64,000 nt of DNA from Batkoa obscura (GCA_030770535.1 JASVEC010000022.1:682001-746000); one strand, 5' to 3'. Numbered from the stretch's first letter, positions 10,215-25,514 are shown. Numbers and translations: made by a program. Notes: a model not told the origin generated them from the sequence alone.

Positions 10215-12863
10215 TATTTTAATAAAGATATAAACAATCATTGAATACTGAGGAGAAAACATGTTTTATTAGCTATCACATTATAAATATATTTAGACTA
10301 TCAAAAAAAGTAAAAAAAAAGTCAATCAAGTGAACTCTATATAGTACTGCATACAACACTATCAAGTATGCTTTGGCTTATTTAGTTTGTGAGGAATACG
10401 AAATTAAGAAATATTGGAACTAGGAGTGAGAATTTATTATAGTAGAAGGATTTCCAGTAAAATATTTCAGGTTGAAGGATGCTATTGAATAATTCGTTTT
10501 TTCACAAGGACAAATTCAATACATTCTAAACGTTCTGGCGACAGGATCGAAAATATCGATATATAACTTTTTTTAAGAATAAATGTCGTTTTCATGTGCA
10601 TTCGCAAGAGTATACTATATCTAAATTTTAGTTTTATATAGTAAGTTAAAACTTTGGAATGAGTTATCGTTAAAGAGGTGCTAAATTTTAGTTGAATCTT
10701 TAAATTCACCAAAATTAAAGCGTATCAAACTATACAATTAGAACCGTTTATAGCTTGTTGGTTAAATAAACCCAAACTATGACCCAATAACTTGGGGTAT
10801 TAAAAATATTGATTTATAATTGTTTTGTACTTAATAATAATTATGATGTTGAATTCAATATTAGCTTAGATGTTTTTTTGAAATGGAATTTATATTATTT
10901 CATACTGTTAGTTATTTAATATAAAAAATGTAAAGTTGAAAAGTTCATTGTAAATAAATTATATAATCTAAAAGCACCCATGGTATCAAGACCCATTTTA
11001 AATTGATCTAAATTGAATATATTGAATAATATAAATTTTGGAACGCTTGGCACTCTGAAAAAATCCGATGAAGCCAAACCATGGTATATCAATACAGCTT
11101 ACAGTGCTATATCCTTTGATACCGAACATCAATGTAATTTTTTATAAATTAAAATAAATTAATAGTAATACTATATTTAATAACAATAGGGGGATCAATG
11201 GCGGATACCAAAATGGGATTCCTGCTACAGCAGCCTGTTTCAATATGAAATTATTGTAAAGATTAACTCAATACCACATTTATTCACTTTAAAAATTGTA
11301 TTTTGTTAGTACAAAATTATACAAAAACTTGATATGGAATTTGGGTATCTATCTATTTAATGTCTCTTATATAAAAAGCTTTAATAAAGATTATATGTAT
11401 TGGGTTTCAAAAATAGTTTCTTTCTTTCTATTTTTAAATATAAACATTGCTTTATAAGGCAAATTAGGCGGTTTTTTATGGTAAATAGCTTTATGCAGTT
11501 CAAATAGAATTTGGGCAAAATAATAGTTTAAATATTATTTTCTATCATATTTTAAATGAAGAATCAATCAAAAGTGAAAACATTCTGTGCAACTATAATT
11601 CAGTTTTAGGAGAACAAAAAGTGGTTTTGATACATTTTATATTAAGGTAAAAATACAAGTTAACTTGAATTTTTTGCACCAACAGTTAATGAGGTTAACA
11701 TTATTTACATCCCTAAAGACATTATAAATCACCCCAATATTAGGAAAGCTACTCTTTCAGAAAAACGCAGTTTAACGGTCTATTTGAACCAAGCAGAACT
11801 TCAAGAACTAACTATTAGGGGCCTTGATGTTAGCTGCCTTATATTATACAATAAATGCTATTAGTAAATTTTTATAGAAAAAGTGCCAAGCTTACTGGTA
11901 GATGTGTATCAAAGAGGCTATAATGTAAGAACTATTTTTAATGAAAGGCAAAAATGCAAGTTATCACCACAGAAGAACAATCCGGATATTAACACAACCT
12001 ATATAGAATCACAATCAATTCTCAGAGACCGCAGTATTTTAAAAAATTCAAATAATTTCGTATTACACTACAAAGGTAAAAGTTATATAACTTCAAATTT
12101 CTTACTATGGTATTAGAAGAGCACAAGCCTTCCTTTTTTAAAGCTACTTAATTAGATATTTTAACACTGGTGTAAGATGTGAGACCTATTCTATTGATAT
12201 TGTCATTGTTAACTAGTTTAATCCTTAAAAAGTATTAGTCTAAATATGGAAAGTGTAGGGATAACCAAAGTTTTTTTAAAAATTGGAACTATTTATAGAT
12301 CTTATGAAAGGTTTTTAATGTATCCATACAACATATGCTTTATTACTTTTTTAAAATTAACTTTTGAGTAAAAAACGGAACTTTTTTAAGTTAGAGTTCA
12401 AAAATGAGATCTGACATTATAACCATTGTATACACTATCTTGTAATTTTATAGCTATTTGGAACTTTTTAATTTGTTTATAATAGCTATTATTAACTGGT
12501 ATTATTACATTTGTTTATTAAATTTGTTTTATCTTTTATATACAAGTTTTAGAAGCTACATATCCGTTTTTATAAAATGAATTAATCTGTAAGAATAAGA
12601 GGTTTTTGAACTTTAGTTAAAATTGAATGGATTTTTTATAACATTTTGTTTTCAATATTACTAGCTTTTTATAGAATGAAATCGATTAAAATTCTTAAAT
12701 CTTTAAAAATAGACCCATAGAATACTTTGTGACTTAAATTGATATAGTAATAGAGCAATTAAGCTGTTTTATGAAGGATGCTATAACCTCAAATTATTAA
12801 ATAATATGATCAGTATCTGAAACAAGTAAAATAAACAATAGTATTAATATTTTATTAAAAGTA

Positions 12864-14177
12864 TTAACAAGTTGTTGGGGTAAAAGATTTACACTTCAAT
12901 TTGGAATCAGCACCGAAGATACCAAAATGTTTTTCGCAACTTTCTCCACCCTTCCATGGAGCGTCATAAGCTTCCATAATGTAATAAGGATATTGATGTT
13001 TCTTAGCTTGGCATTGGAACTGAGTCAAGAATTCGCATTGGTTTTCAATATTAGCGGGGCCAAAGGTAACAGCACCTGTACCGTCAGTAGCCCATCCAGA
13101 TTCAGAAATACGGATTTCTTTTGAAATTGAATATTTCTTTTTCATTACATCAAGTTCGGTGAAAAGTCCATTAACAGCAGTAGAAATGGAACCATCCCCA
13201 TATTTGGCGGTAAAGAAAGGATAGATATTAGCATATATAATGTCAGAACAATTAATTAATTCAGTATCCCAAGATTTATAGACATCAACGGTGGAAACTG
13301 GTAATCCAGAGATACCAGAGGAAGTTAATTGAGCACGAGCTGAGTTAACGTATTTACATACGGAAGCACAAGATTGTCCATGGAAAACTTCTTCATTACC
13401 AACAGTAACTCCGATGACAATAGAACGATAGGAAGCATTTTGAAGTACCTTAACAATTGTACTGACTTCATTTTGATATCTAGCTTCTCCTTCACGAGTC
13501 CAAACACCTAATAATACCTTGATATCTAAGTTGTTCTTTACAATGGCTTTTAGGACATTTTCAACTTGGTTGCAATCGGCTCCATAGAGACGAATATTAT
13601 TTGTATATCCAGCTACAGCTTTAAGTTGAGCTTCAATTTGTTCAAGGTTAAGACAACTTCCGGTTGTGTATGGAGAATAAGTAATACCATTGAAGGTGTT
13701 GGATCCTGGTGATGAAGTTGGATAGGATGATGGTACAGTGGTTGTAGTAGTGGTCGAGATACTGGTAGTAGCATAAGTTTGACTAGAAGTGGCGGTAGTT
13801 ACTGGAGTGGAAGAGGTAACTACATAAGTTTGGCTAGAAATAGCAGTAGTAGCTGGAGTAGAAGAAGTAACTATGTAAGTTTGGCTAGGAGTGACAGTAG
13901 TAACTGGAGTAGAAGAGGTGACTACATAAGTTTGAGATGTGGCGGTGGTGGCTGAAGTGATTGGGGTGGTAACTTCATAAGCATTTGAAGTGGTTACAAC
14001 TACCGTAGTGATTGAGTAACTAGAAGTAGCTGGAGTAGTTACTTCATAAGTGTTTGTAGTAGATGAAGTTGAAATAGAGGTAACTGGGTATTTTGGATGA
14101 CATTTCTTTTTAGCATCAACAGAGGTTGATAAGATCAATGTACAAATGATGGTGGCAATGCGATTATAAGTGAACAT
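12864..14177 (-). CDS. Secreted glycoside hydrolase family 17 beta-1,3-glucanase/glucanosyltransferase with Ser/Thr-rich stalk
   Basis: Signal peptide, S/T repeats, then GITYSPY, IRLYGADC, VTVGNE (acid/base Glu), ANIYPFF, ISESGW (nucleophile Glu), EAYDAPWK, EKHFGIF. Confidence 0.92.
   Translation of the reverse strand: MFTYNRIATIICTLILSTSVDAKKKCHPKYPVTSISTSSTTNTYEVTTPATSSYSITTVVVTTSNAYEVTTPITSATTATSQTYVVTSSTPVTTVTPSQTYIVTSSTPATTAISSQTYVVTSSTPVTTATSSQTYATTSISTTTTTTVPSSYPTSSPGSNTFNGITYSPYTTGSCLNLEQIEAQLKAVAGYTNNIRLYGADCNQVENVLKAIVKNNLDIKVLLGVWTREGEARYQNEVSTIVKVLQNASYRSIVIGVTVGNEEVFHGQSCASVCKYVNSARAQLTSSGISGLPVSTVDVYKSWDTELINCSDIIYANIYPFFTAKYGDGSISTAVNGLFTELDVMKKKYSISKEIRISESGWATDGTGAVTFGPANIENQCEFLTQFQCQAKKHQYPYYIMEAYDAPWKGGESCEKHFGIFGADSKLKCKSFTPTTC
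13760..14050 (-). repeat. Intragenic ~45-nt (15-aa) tandem repeat, SQTY(V/I)VTSSTP(V/A)TT-like
   Basis: About four well-conserved units plus degenerate ones, visible in the translation and the DNA. Confidence 0.75.
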
Positions 14178-15046
14178 ATTAATATTATATTAAATGGTAA
14201 TAATAAAAATAATTTTGATATTAGATTAATATTAAAGTAAGATTACCAAGAGGACAAAAGCCACCTTGAAATACCTTTTTATAGTTCCCAGTTCAGTTAA
14301 TCATATTATTACTTCATTACCAGATTTTCAAGATACAATTAAGTAATTTACTTCAATAAATTAAGTGGAGTTCCAAAAGTAAAATTTAAGCCAATCAAAC
14401 TTATTGAAATTTTACCCTTTCATGTTTTTGGAAGTAATTTTATGGGGTCTATTATTAAATGGATTTCTTCTATATTAAGTGTGTTTCTAGAAACATTCGT
14501 AATTTATAGCAAATTGTAATTAAAATTACAGTATAAACAAACTGATTTTATTAAAACATAGTTTAATATAACTGTTGCTAATGCTAAAAATAAATACTAT
14601 ATGATATATTATGATTATTTAATTAATTGTTGATTAATGTAAATGTTGATTTAATAAACATGTTTTATTACAAATCAATTTTATAAATCAACTTAATTAT
14701 TTGCAATAAATCAAAGTCAAAACTATAATTATCAAATATTAAAATTTATTAAAATTAAATTCAAGTTAAAAATTTAATACAAAAATAGAATAAAATAAAA
14801 ATAAACTTAAAATTCTCATCTATCAAAGCTTTGTTTCAATAGATGGGATCCCTATAATCTAGATAATAACACACTTCGAAGAACCAACACTTTGCAACTC
14901 AAACAATAGTAACATAACAGAATATTTTTGCAAATCAGATTAAGAATCACAAAAAAAAGCAGAAGAATTAATTAAACAGTAACAACAAATTTAAGCAACC
15001 CAATTTCTAATAACCACCATCTTATTTTCTCAAAATACTGCTACTA

Positions 15047-17501
15047 TTATCTATAACTTGTAGGTCGAGGCTTAAATGCAGTAGCAAAAAATCTTAAAAT
15101 TGGAAGGTCATATTGATTGACTTTAAGAAGCTTAAGAAAGTCTGGTAAGTTAGCTTCTGGGTCAATCTCTTTACCTTTTTCTCGAAATAATTGCATGTAC
15201 TGTCCAAACATCCTCCCTTTACATGACCATGTCTCTTTTAATGCTATCAATTTCAATCTTACTTCTTGAGAGGTAAGTCGAAGCGGTGACATTTGCTGTC
15301 CTCCAGTTAAAAATGAAATCGTATTTTTAGCTAATGGGAAAGGTAAAGATGTATAATCGAAAACAGATGGCGGGTCTTTAGGTGATAATGCATATTTATC
15401 ATCACATTGTTGAGCAATTGATAAAATTTCACTTACAAATCCAGAAAATAAAGAGCCTTGGTCATTTGGCTCATTCATTCCGTAATACGTGGAAGCAATG
15501 ATATCAAAATTAGTAAGGCTTAATAGACTTTCTTTAGATCCATAATTTGGGATATCTATTTCTAATAAAATCAATCCATTAAGGTCAATATCGTCGGGAA
15601 TCGCAACACCCCTTTGTATCCCAAGAATATTGCTTACCCATATATGCTGATATGTGCTCTCATAAAGGGACTTTCTTATACATAACAATGGCAAAATATC
15701 CTAAAAATATTAATATTAAATAAACATTTCATTAAAAAAACGTACTTGCAAAACATTGATTATATCCTTAACTATCCCTCTTGAAGATGATCTAATAACA
15801 ACCTGATTTCCGATTGCTAAATTGAACATCAATTTTCCAAACTGAACACGTCCTAAAGCATGGTATAATTGTCCTAAATGAGATATCCTTGGATGTGTCG
15901 AAACTGAACTTGAAGATATTGTACTTCCTGGTGAAGAAGCTTGAGTTTCCGATCTATCTTTAAATCCACTAGAAATTGGAAGAGCATCAACAAGAACCTG
16001 AATTAGTTAAGTAAATAAAAGTTATAAATTGAACTGTTAGCTAAACCATAATAAACTTACAGTTGTAGGCTCTACCCACTTTTGCCAAGGTGTCTGCTTG
16101 GATTCGTTCAGTCGCTTTGCTCCTGCACTTAAAATAAGAGAAAACGATACATGTAGTGTAGCAGTTAAATACTATAATATTATTATAAATGGGCTAATGG
16201 TACATTTTAAAAATATTTGATAAGACTTACTGGCAATGCTAAAAGTTCCTCAAGAGTTCTCATCGATTTTTGAGTAGATGAACGTCTTCTTAAAAAGTTA
16301 TCTGCATTTATATTGATAAGTAATCTTGTTTTTTAGAGCTAGTTTTCCTTACCAGATGTGCCTGAAGGATGCGGTTCTTGTGTTAAAGAGCGATTAGTTA
16401 AAATGGAAGGATTGGGGTTTGACTGAACAGGAGAAGGTTGGAAAGCTGTATTTTGCACTAAAAGAGACTGTGCTTTAAGCTTTCTGTCATTATCAGGCTT
16501 GGATGTCGCACTTGCTCTTGATTGTAAAAATCTTGCAAGAGAGCGAAATTTTCTAAAACAAAAGGTTTAAAATTTATAATTAACAAACAAACTTTAATTC
16601 TTTTTTATATAAAAAGGCTAAAGCTTTGTAAAAAAAATATACCCAATTAAAAAGGTGGAAGAAGCAATTAAATATAAACGATCGGTCATTAAGATGGATA
16701 TCGCATAAAATCGTTGAGAGCCACGTGCTCTATCATCACGCAACTTAAACATATAGCTTAATGTATACCCATGTTTTTCGTTTCCAAATAAAACTGGACC
16801 TTCTCTTCCTGGACAAAACTCGCAGCTTAAGCTAGTTAAATTAAATATTAGATTTAATTGTACAAACAAACATATGTAGTAAATCGTTGAATTCAAAAAT
16901 ACCTTCTAACGCAAGCTTGTCTGAGAGCAGCATATAACCTTGGATGGTTTGGGTATCTTGTTGTAGAATAAATAACATCGTTTTCACCATCTTGCGACTT
17001 ATAAGATCGATTTGGATTTTCAGCAAAATTTGGTAAGGGGAAATTAGGGGTGCAGCCATTACAGTGAGTTACTGATAGGTTTCTATTAATTTTAAGGGGA
17101 TTTGGTGTTGTTAGATTTTCATTCCTAGGTACATTTGATGTACTTATTGTGTCTGAGGATATTGTTAATGAATCTTTACTTAAATATTTGGAGTTTTGCA
17201 AATAAAACATACTATTAGTTGACTTATTCATAGATAAGATAGAGCTTGGGTCTGGATAAGAAGCAGGCAAAGGATTATACGGTGTGGTTCCAAAAGACAT
17301 TGTCGAAGAAAAGGATAAACCACCCATATAATCATTTAAGCCATTCCCTGTTTTACTTTGATCTGAAAACGAGGCGTTTATATGCTCAGTGAAATTGATT
17401 AAAGACAAAGGTTGCAAATCGTTATGCGTAGTTTGAGTTGAAAGGACAACAGTTGGACCATGAGCTTCGCAAAAATGAACTAAAGAAATAACAGCGTTCA
17501 T
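15047..17501 (-). CDS. FLCN: Folliculin (FLCN/Lst7/Bhd1), 6 exons
   Basis: MNAVISLVHFCEAHGP N-terminus; spliced LRQACVRSLSCE...GPVLFG; ARGSQRFYAI; FNLAIGNQVVIR. Exons about 17501-16903, 16831-16643, 16552-16231, 16171-16061, 15997-15746, 15700-15047. Confidence 0.93.
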
Positions 17502-18366
17502 TTTAATAATAGTCTAAATTAAGTGGATAACTAAGTTTCAATTGTATTTTTTTATTTTTTTATAAAGTGAGGGTATTGGTTGATCTGTTTAGTATAAATT
17601 TAGATAAGATCTATACCAAAGTGCTTTGGCTATGAGTTAATTATATGATGGAAGTATTGACAGAACAACCAACGCCATTGGAAAACTAAAAAACAAAATT
17701 AAAAGTGAATTTGTCAATAAAATTAGTTTTGTGATAAGAAAAGTATTAGTAAGGGGAATTTCTAAATTTGGTAAATATACCTTCTAGCCAACCATCTCTT
17801 GGTTATGCTTGGCTATTGAACCAATAAGCAATGTTCATAACCTTATCTTAAAACTTTTTGTACCCAATCGGGAATATATTCAATTAGTTTTATTTGATTA
17901 AATTAGATTAAACAATTAATTTAAGTTCATGCACCCCTAACTTAATAGGATTATCAAATCAGGTGAAGTGAGAAATCAAACCCAGCAAATAATGGGTAAA
18001 TTATATTTTGGTAAAAGTATAATTTATTATCTTTAGATAAGAAAATTATTATATAAGAAAATCTATAATGTAAGGACTAAGGGATCCAACAATTACTACT
18101 ATTTATAATATAATGTAATATAATAAAATTATAAATTCCATATATAAAATACCCATTATGATTATAACTATTCAATTGAATATGTCATAATTTAATCGAT
18201 TTCATAATTAATAAAACTTTGTTAATATACGAGGTTTAAATAACATTTATAATAATATTATGTAACAAAATACCAAAAGAATTGTTCTCAACACTATTTT
18301 TAAATAAAATTTTATTAAACTCATAATTTATAAAAACACAGTTAACATTATTCTTGTTTCATCACA

Positions 18367-20153
18367 TTAAGTTAAAGTTTGAAGATTAATCAAAGCTAAT
18401 AACATGTCTTGTAATACATGTATAGTTACTAATATCATAGCACGGATGACTTCAGGATATCTATAAAAATCTTGAACTGCTTCTCTTGTAATTGAATGAT
18501 CATACACTTTTTTAAATATAAGTCGAGTAATAAAAGCACTCAATAGTTCACAAACCCATACACCTAAACTAGCAGTAATTCTTAAGGGATAAAAATTATT
18601 ATTTCCAGGATTGGTAATATCTGGATCAAACTTTCCAAAATGAGGGTAGACACGAGAATTTTGGCCAAAGTGTAATATGTTAACCCAGCATAAAAACCCA
18701 ACCATAGAAGCATTCTCTGCTAAATTTCTTATAAAAAAAGATCGCCCTACATTTTTACAATAATCTTCATATTTTCTTTTGGATCCAAACCATTTAGTTA
18801 TATTATAAACAAATTTTGACATTCTCAATGGATAATTAAATATGACCCAAAGCGATGAGCAAATTTGTACTGTATAAAATTGTTCTGCACTACGTAACTT
18901 TATAAATAAATTACGATAAAACACAAAATAAATCAAAGCAAAATACAGCCTATATACATGAGATAATGCCCAAGATCTTATCCTAGTTTCAACTATATAA
19001 TCACAAATAAAATCCAAAATAAATACAGTTACTACCCAAGTGTAAACATAGATAATACCATCCAACCAAGACTTGTCTTCTGTTGATGTAAATTTCAAAG
19101 CATACGTTTCACCTAATATTAAAGCACTAAAATTGATTATTAATGTAAAACAAAACCACAGAAAACGCTTATAAGAATATGGGATTCGATTATCTTGTAT
19201 CAATAAAAATATTTTTTGAGCATCTGTTAATGAGTGTCTATAAACATTTCTTTTTTCATTACGTATAATCAAAAAAGCTGAGAATAAAGGCAACATTAAT
19301 GTAATAAAAGTCAATAATACCCAGGTATAAACAGACTTATAAAAGAAATTAAAATAGTAAATTAACGAACCTAAAAACATAGAAAATAGCCAAAAAAAGA
19401 AAGTGGACCATAATCCACCTATAGATTTAGGCCACCAATGAAACGAATATAAATTAAAATACTGAGATACCATCAATAACGCTGTTAAATTATAAAACCC
19501 ATAATAAAATAATAAAAAGAACCAGAACTTCATTTGATATGCATCATGTGGATTATCACTATCGCCTGGATCCACTTCTACTACTTGTAATGGAACACTA
19601 CACCATATAGAAACCTAAACATTAGCTATAATACTCATTCAATTAAATTTAAACTCACTATTGCAACTGGGAACAGTACTAATAATAAAGCCCTAGATAT
19701 CATTGAATTAGTACATCGAAATAAAAATGAGTTCCATTTTGATGTTGGGTTGGCTGATTGATAAGAAACTGAGTTAGGCCTAAAGATACTAGTATTTTCG
19801 TCACTATTTGTTGTATCAATAAATGAAGTTGTTGAAGAAGAAGTGCGATAAGGTATCTTTAAATCTCTAAAAGTAAACATATCGTCCCACCTTGGATCAT
19901 TATAATATTCATCCTCTAATTCATTGACTTGAGAAGGCGAAATGGATTGATAACTTGAGCTAGATAAATAACTTGAATATGAATTATGCGATGTCATTGA
20001 TATTGATGTATTTTTGTTATGAGTTCTATGAGCAGGTAAGATATTAATTGGATTGGACATAGATGAAAGACCTCTTACTACCTCATTATAACTCTCTCTG
20101 GATTTGGACCTACTTTTATTTACGTTGATGTCTATATCTTTGTTATTTTGCAT
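18367..20153 (-). CDS. Uncharacterised multi-pass membrane protein, 2 exons
   Basis: Intron 19615-19658 joins the Ser-rich N-terminal ORF to a 402-aa ORF with many hydrophobic helices (FWFFLLFYYGFYN...). Confidence 0.8.
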
Positions 20154-20985
20154 TGATACATTGGCTTATTGAAAAATTAATTAGGTTAACTGAAAGTTGT
20201 TTTCTTTTATTAACCCAATGATAATTTCTTTTGATTTTCCATTTATAGACTAAAGATGGAGTTATTATTTTTAATAGATCTAAGATCCTCTAAAAACTAA
20301 TTAAATCATTTCAATTGAATTCATGTTCTAAATTAATTGGCTGCTTAATTTACCGGAGATATGATAACAATATTAGAATGAGATTAAAACACATATTAAG
20401 TTAATGATAAATCAGAATTTATTATAAACTATAATCTTAATTTGTACAGTAAATTCACTATTGATTGAATGAACAAATATAAAATAACTAGTTTAAATGT
20501 TATAAATTACGAAATTCTACTAATTTAATAAAATCATCTTTTTATTTTAAATTGTTTTGGCTCCTAAAGCAGTATTTCATTGAAGTGCCACATTGCTAAA
20601 AAATTACTTGACTGCATATGGGGATGTCTGAATTGGTTTCATTTTTTTATTTAATTTTTAATATTTTATATTTTAAAACTACTTAAAATTGTAAAAATAA
20701 ATCCCTTATTAAAAAGCAAAAGTACCTGACACGATTTTGAATTATTTTACTATAATTTGTATTGCAAGTTAACTGAATTTTTACTAGATCTAATAAAAAT
20801 TCCTAGATTAGCAAGGCTTTTATTAATATAGTCTATAGATTGATATTAATCAAAATTGTATTATGTAAACAAACACATATTTCTATAAAACTTTATTAAA
20901 AATCATTTATTATTGACTGCTTTATAGCCAATATTCCAGATTTGCTATCGAATAAATAAATTATTTTAATATTATAATTGCATTA

Positions 20986-21449
20986 TGTAAAATCTGGTAC
21001 TCAGTGATTGGAGTCAAAAACAGCTATTGCTTAGTTGACTACACTATAAGTTGAAAAGTCTTAGTTTATGTAATCAAGCTAGACTTGGATTATAAAGAAT
21101 ACCACATAATAGGCTATGAACTATGTAAGACAAATAGAATAGATAATAGCAATATAAAATCTACGTAAAATACTATTGATAAAACTTAGCAGCTTTATCA
21201 AATGTATGAGATACCAGGGAATACTCAGTTAAAAAAGCCTTGAACCACTATATTATAGAATCCCTTTTATACTCTGACAAGTATAAATGTCAAAACGAGA
21301 AGATAATATCCTTTAGAATGAAGCTAGAAATTCTCATAGGAAATCAAAATAAGAGCATGGGATTAATTGTCTCTGAACTCGAGAACACAACAGCTTAGGC
21401 AATTACTATGTTATAACTAACAATGGAACTGACAAAGCGATATTTCACA
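20986..21449 (+). mobile_element. Solo-LTR-like element (464 bp)
   Basis: TGTAAAATC...GATATTTCACA ends, homologous to 7733-8297 and 9403-9828. No clear TSD at this copy. Confidence 0.7.
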
Positions 21450-21624
21450 CCTGCTTATATATCAATCTTCATAAACTTCTCAAATAAAAGCTTTTTAAAT
21501 ATTAAATTAATTAAAATATTTACTATATATCACTTTTTTACTATTATTTCACATATATTATCTGATGGATATTTTTTATTATTAAATCTTAATAAAGTAG
21601 TTAAGTTATTAAATAAATATTATA

Positions 21625-21724
21625 TGGGGATGTATTTTTAGGTTTAAGAATTTTATTAGCAAGTTTTCCACTCAAATAGCGCTCAAAAGATAGAAAAAGT
21701 GGCAAAGCCAAAAAAACGCCCCCA
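21625..21724 (-). mobile_element. ~100-bp MITE copy
   Basis: TA|TGGGGATGTA...ACGCCCCCA|TA. Confidence 0.85.
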
Positions 21725-23803
21725 TATACTGAAGCTATAGCTGATAATAATAATACTTATTAGTTTTTATTTCTTGTTTTCTTTAAAGCATTATTTTTAT
21801 GTATTGCTTAAAATTACCATTATTATCAATAAACTTTAACTCTTTTTCTTTTGTTATAAAATTTTGTAAACCCTGGATTGTTATAAATAGTCACTGAAAT
21901 TAACAGATAAATTACAATGTTTATATATTGTGCTTCTTTTTATTACAAAAAATTTTAAAAACTCTATTTCAAAGTTTAGTTCTAAAAATTTCATTTATTT
22001 TCATGTTAATAAAAAGTAAAGCCAAATAACTATATATTTATTATATATTTAATAAAAACAAAATAATTAAAATAAGTCTTTTAAGTTAAAATTTTTATTA
22101 TTTAACTTTAGGCTTTTTAAATTTAACTGAATCATACATACATTTAAGAACTTACAAATTTAAAAAAAAAATGGATTATTTTTAATCAAATTCAAACCAA
22201 TTCAGACATTTCTATATACTAAATGAGATGTTTGATTTTGGAACAAAATTCAACATTTATAATTTGAGTGGTAAAATATAAAATAGCTAATCAAAGTACA
22301 TAATAATCGTATCTATCATAGTATAAAATAAAGATTGGAAAACGCTAGTATATTTCAAATAAAAGATAATAATCCATATGTTTAAAAAATAGCCTTTAAT
22401 AGTATAAAATAATAATAACAAATACTAAAATTATAAAGATCGATCTTTATTATTTGTAATAGATCTGAAGGTCATTTAGACAGGAGGTCAATAGCTTTGG
22501 TAATAGTGATACGACGCTTGGTAGTCAGCAATAATTATTTTGGCAGGCGATTTTTGATTCTTCTATAGGTGAGAGGGATGGTAGGATCTGACCACAGGTT
22601 CTCGTAGTATATTTATGTATATGATTATATTATAAATTTATAGATACTTAATATATCAAAAAGTAAGTTTTAAAGTCAATTGCGTTTTATTTAAGACCTA
22701 AAGCAATATTTCAAGTACATAAGATAATAATCAAAGCTTATGTTTTTTTGAATATATAATCTAATATTATTATATTAAGTCCTTTGATTTATTATTATTA
22801 TAATCTATCAATATTGATAAAATTATATAAAAGTATTAGATATAATTTATAAAATTAAAATTAAAATAACTACAATATAAAAGTAATTTTATTCTATTTA
22901 GAATTTGAAAAATATAGTTATATAAAAGAGCGTTATACTTTCAATACTGAACGATCAAGATTTTCATATTTACTGAACATTATAAACAATATAAACTATC
23001 AATAAAGCAAAAATTAACATTTTGCTTATAAAAATCAGAAATGCATATTGAGTTTATTAGCATTAAGTAGAGGGTATCAAACTTTTCTACAAAAAATAAA
23101 TGAAATGATAAATTCAATCTTTTTATTTTTAAGCCATAAAAATAAGGTCAAAATAAAGACAAGATAAGGAACAAGTTAAATACAATAGTTAGTCTACTTC
23201 TTAATGGCATATTTTATATAATATTCATTATATCTGTCAATAGAACAAGTGGATGTTATGGCTGTTAACTTCAAGTATAGGCTAATTCGATGGATAATTC
23301 GCTATCAATTTTAAGAATAATTCAAGGGCAATAATAGAGACCACAAGTAAAAATTAATATTAATTATAAACAACAGAGAGAATTTTAATTAGGCATATGT
23401 CGAAGGATTTGAAAGTAGAGTTATAAAATTCAACTAATTCAAAAATTAACATTATTAAATAATACCTCAACACTTTAAGGATCATTATTCAAATCTTATA
23501 ATTATAATTATAATTATAATTATAATTATTACATATTATATTTTATTTAAATCTTGTCAACGTAAACTACAGTTTAATATTAATTCAAAATTAACTAATA
23601 TTATTAGATAATACAATTATAGACAATTGAATTAATTATGATTAATCCCATAATTTAACAATTACAATATATTAATTAATTTACTGTTTTATATAAATCT
23701 ACATTACAGATTCAGTATCATGATCATATATGTTATATTAAGTATAGATGTTAATAAATTTGGTGTATACTAATAGTTCATATAGTTAATTTTATTACAC
23801 ATC

Positions 23804-24580
<777 letters not shown>

Positions 24581-25514
24581 ATTATCTACTTAATTTACTA
24601 AAAGTTGAATGTTAATTATCGAATTTAAAATTAAAGATGAAGTTTTCAGAATCAAAAAACACTCTGATTCCACTTTACCTTATATATATTGATGATAATG
24701 GTTCTATTAAAATGAATAAATACAACGTTAACTTTTATAAGGTAACTTAATTAAAAAAATCTATTTAAAAAATATATATTATTAGTTTAGATTGAATAGT
24801 ATAACCAATAAAATATACCTTAATAAGTTGTTATTTATATTTGCAATTTAATTTGATCAAAAACCTCTTTCTACTGCGATTTTCTTTTTGCTCAAGAAAT
24901 TGCCCTCCCCTGCTCAAAAAATCGGACAATTTTTAAAAATTAATAATAACTTTAGTTGCTACTTTCAAATAGACTTTTTCATTTTAAAGTTAATGAATTC
25001 AACTTCGAAAATAACAACTTCTATTTTATTAACATTTGGGCAGTTTCAAAATACTGCGATTTAAAAATTACGCTAGAGTTTAACTTGGTATTACTACATA
25101 GCTTTTTATTTTGATAAGAATTAAGTCTAAATGAGATTCAATTTAGTGTAGATACAAATATAAAACCATTATTGTTTTGGGTCCTCATAAACGTAGCTGC
25201 TTTATTTATTGTCTTTTAAAGCCATTAAAATTTGAAAAATTCTCAAACTATTTTCTCACTGATTTTTACGTAATAGCATTTTTACCCTAACAATTTTAGC
25301 TATAAATGACCTCAATTGTCCTATGAAATGTTGATAAATTTTTAATATGGATCAAATAAATTTATGGGTTACGAAATGGATTCACAGAAGCTTAAATTAA
25401 GCCCATAAATTGCCAAAATAAGTAAAAGGATTGTAAGGGGAGAAGGGATATAAAATTTTCAACAAGTTAAAAAATCAAAAAATAAAGTTTGCTTTATAAA
25501 AAAAGTGATTCAAA

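Larger units (their letters stand above)
20619..22214. mobile_element. ~1.6-kb non-autonomous TIR element (copy 2), TA-flanked, with nested solo LTR and MITE
   Basis: Left TGGGGATGTCTGAATTGGTTT and right AAACCAATTCAGACATTTCTA are imperfect inverted repeats with TA on both sides. The terminal 9 nt are shared with the short MITE. Confidence 0.75.
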
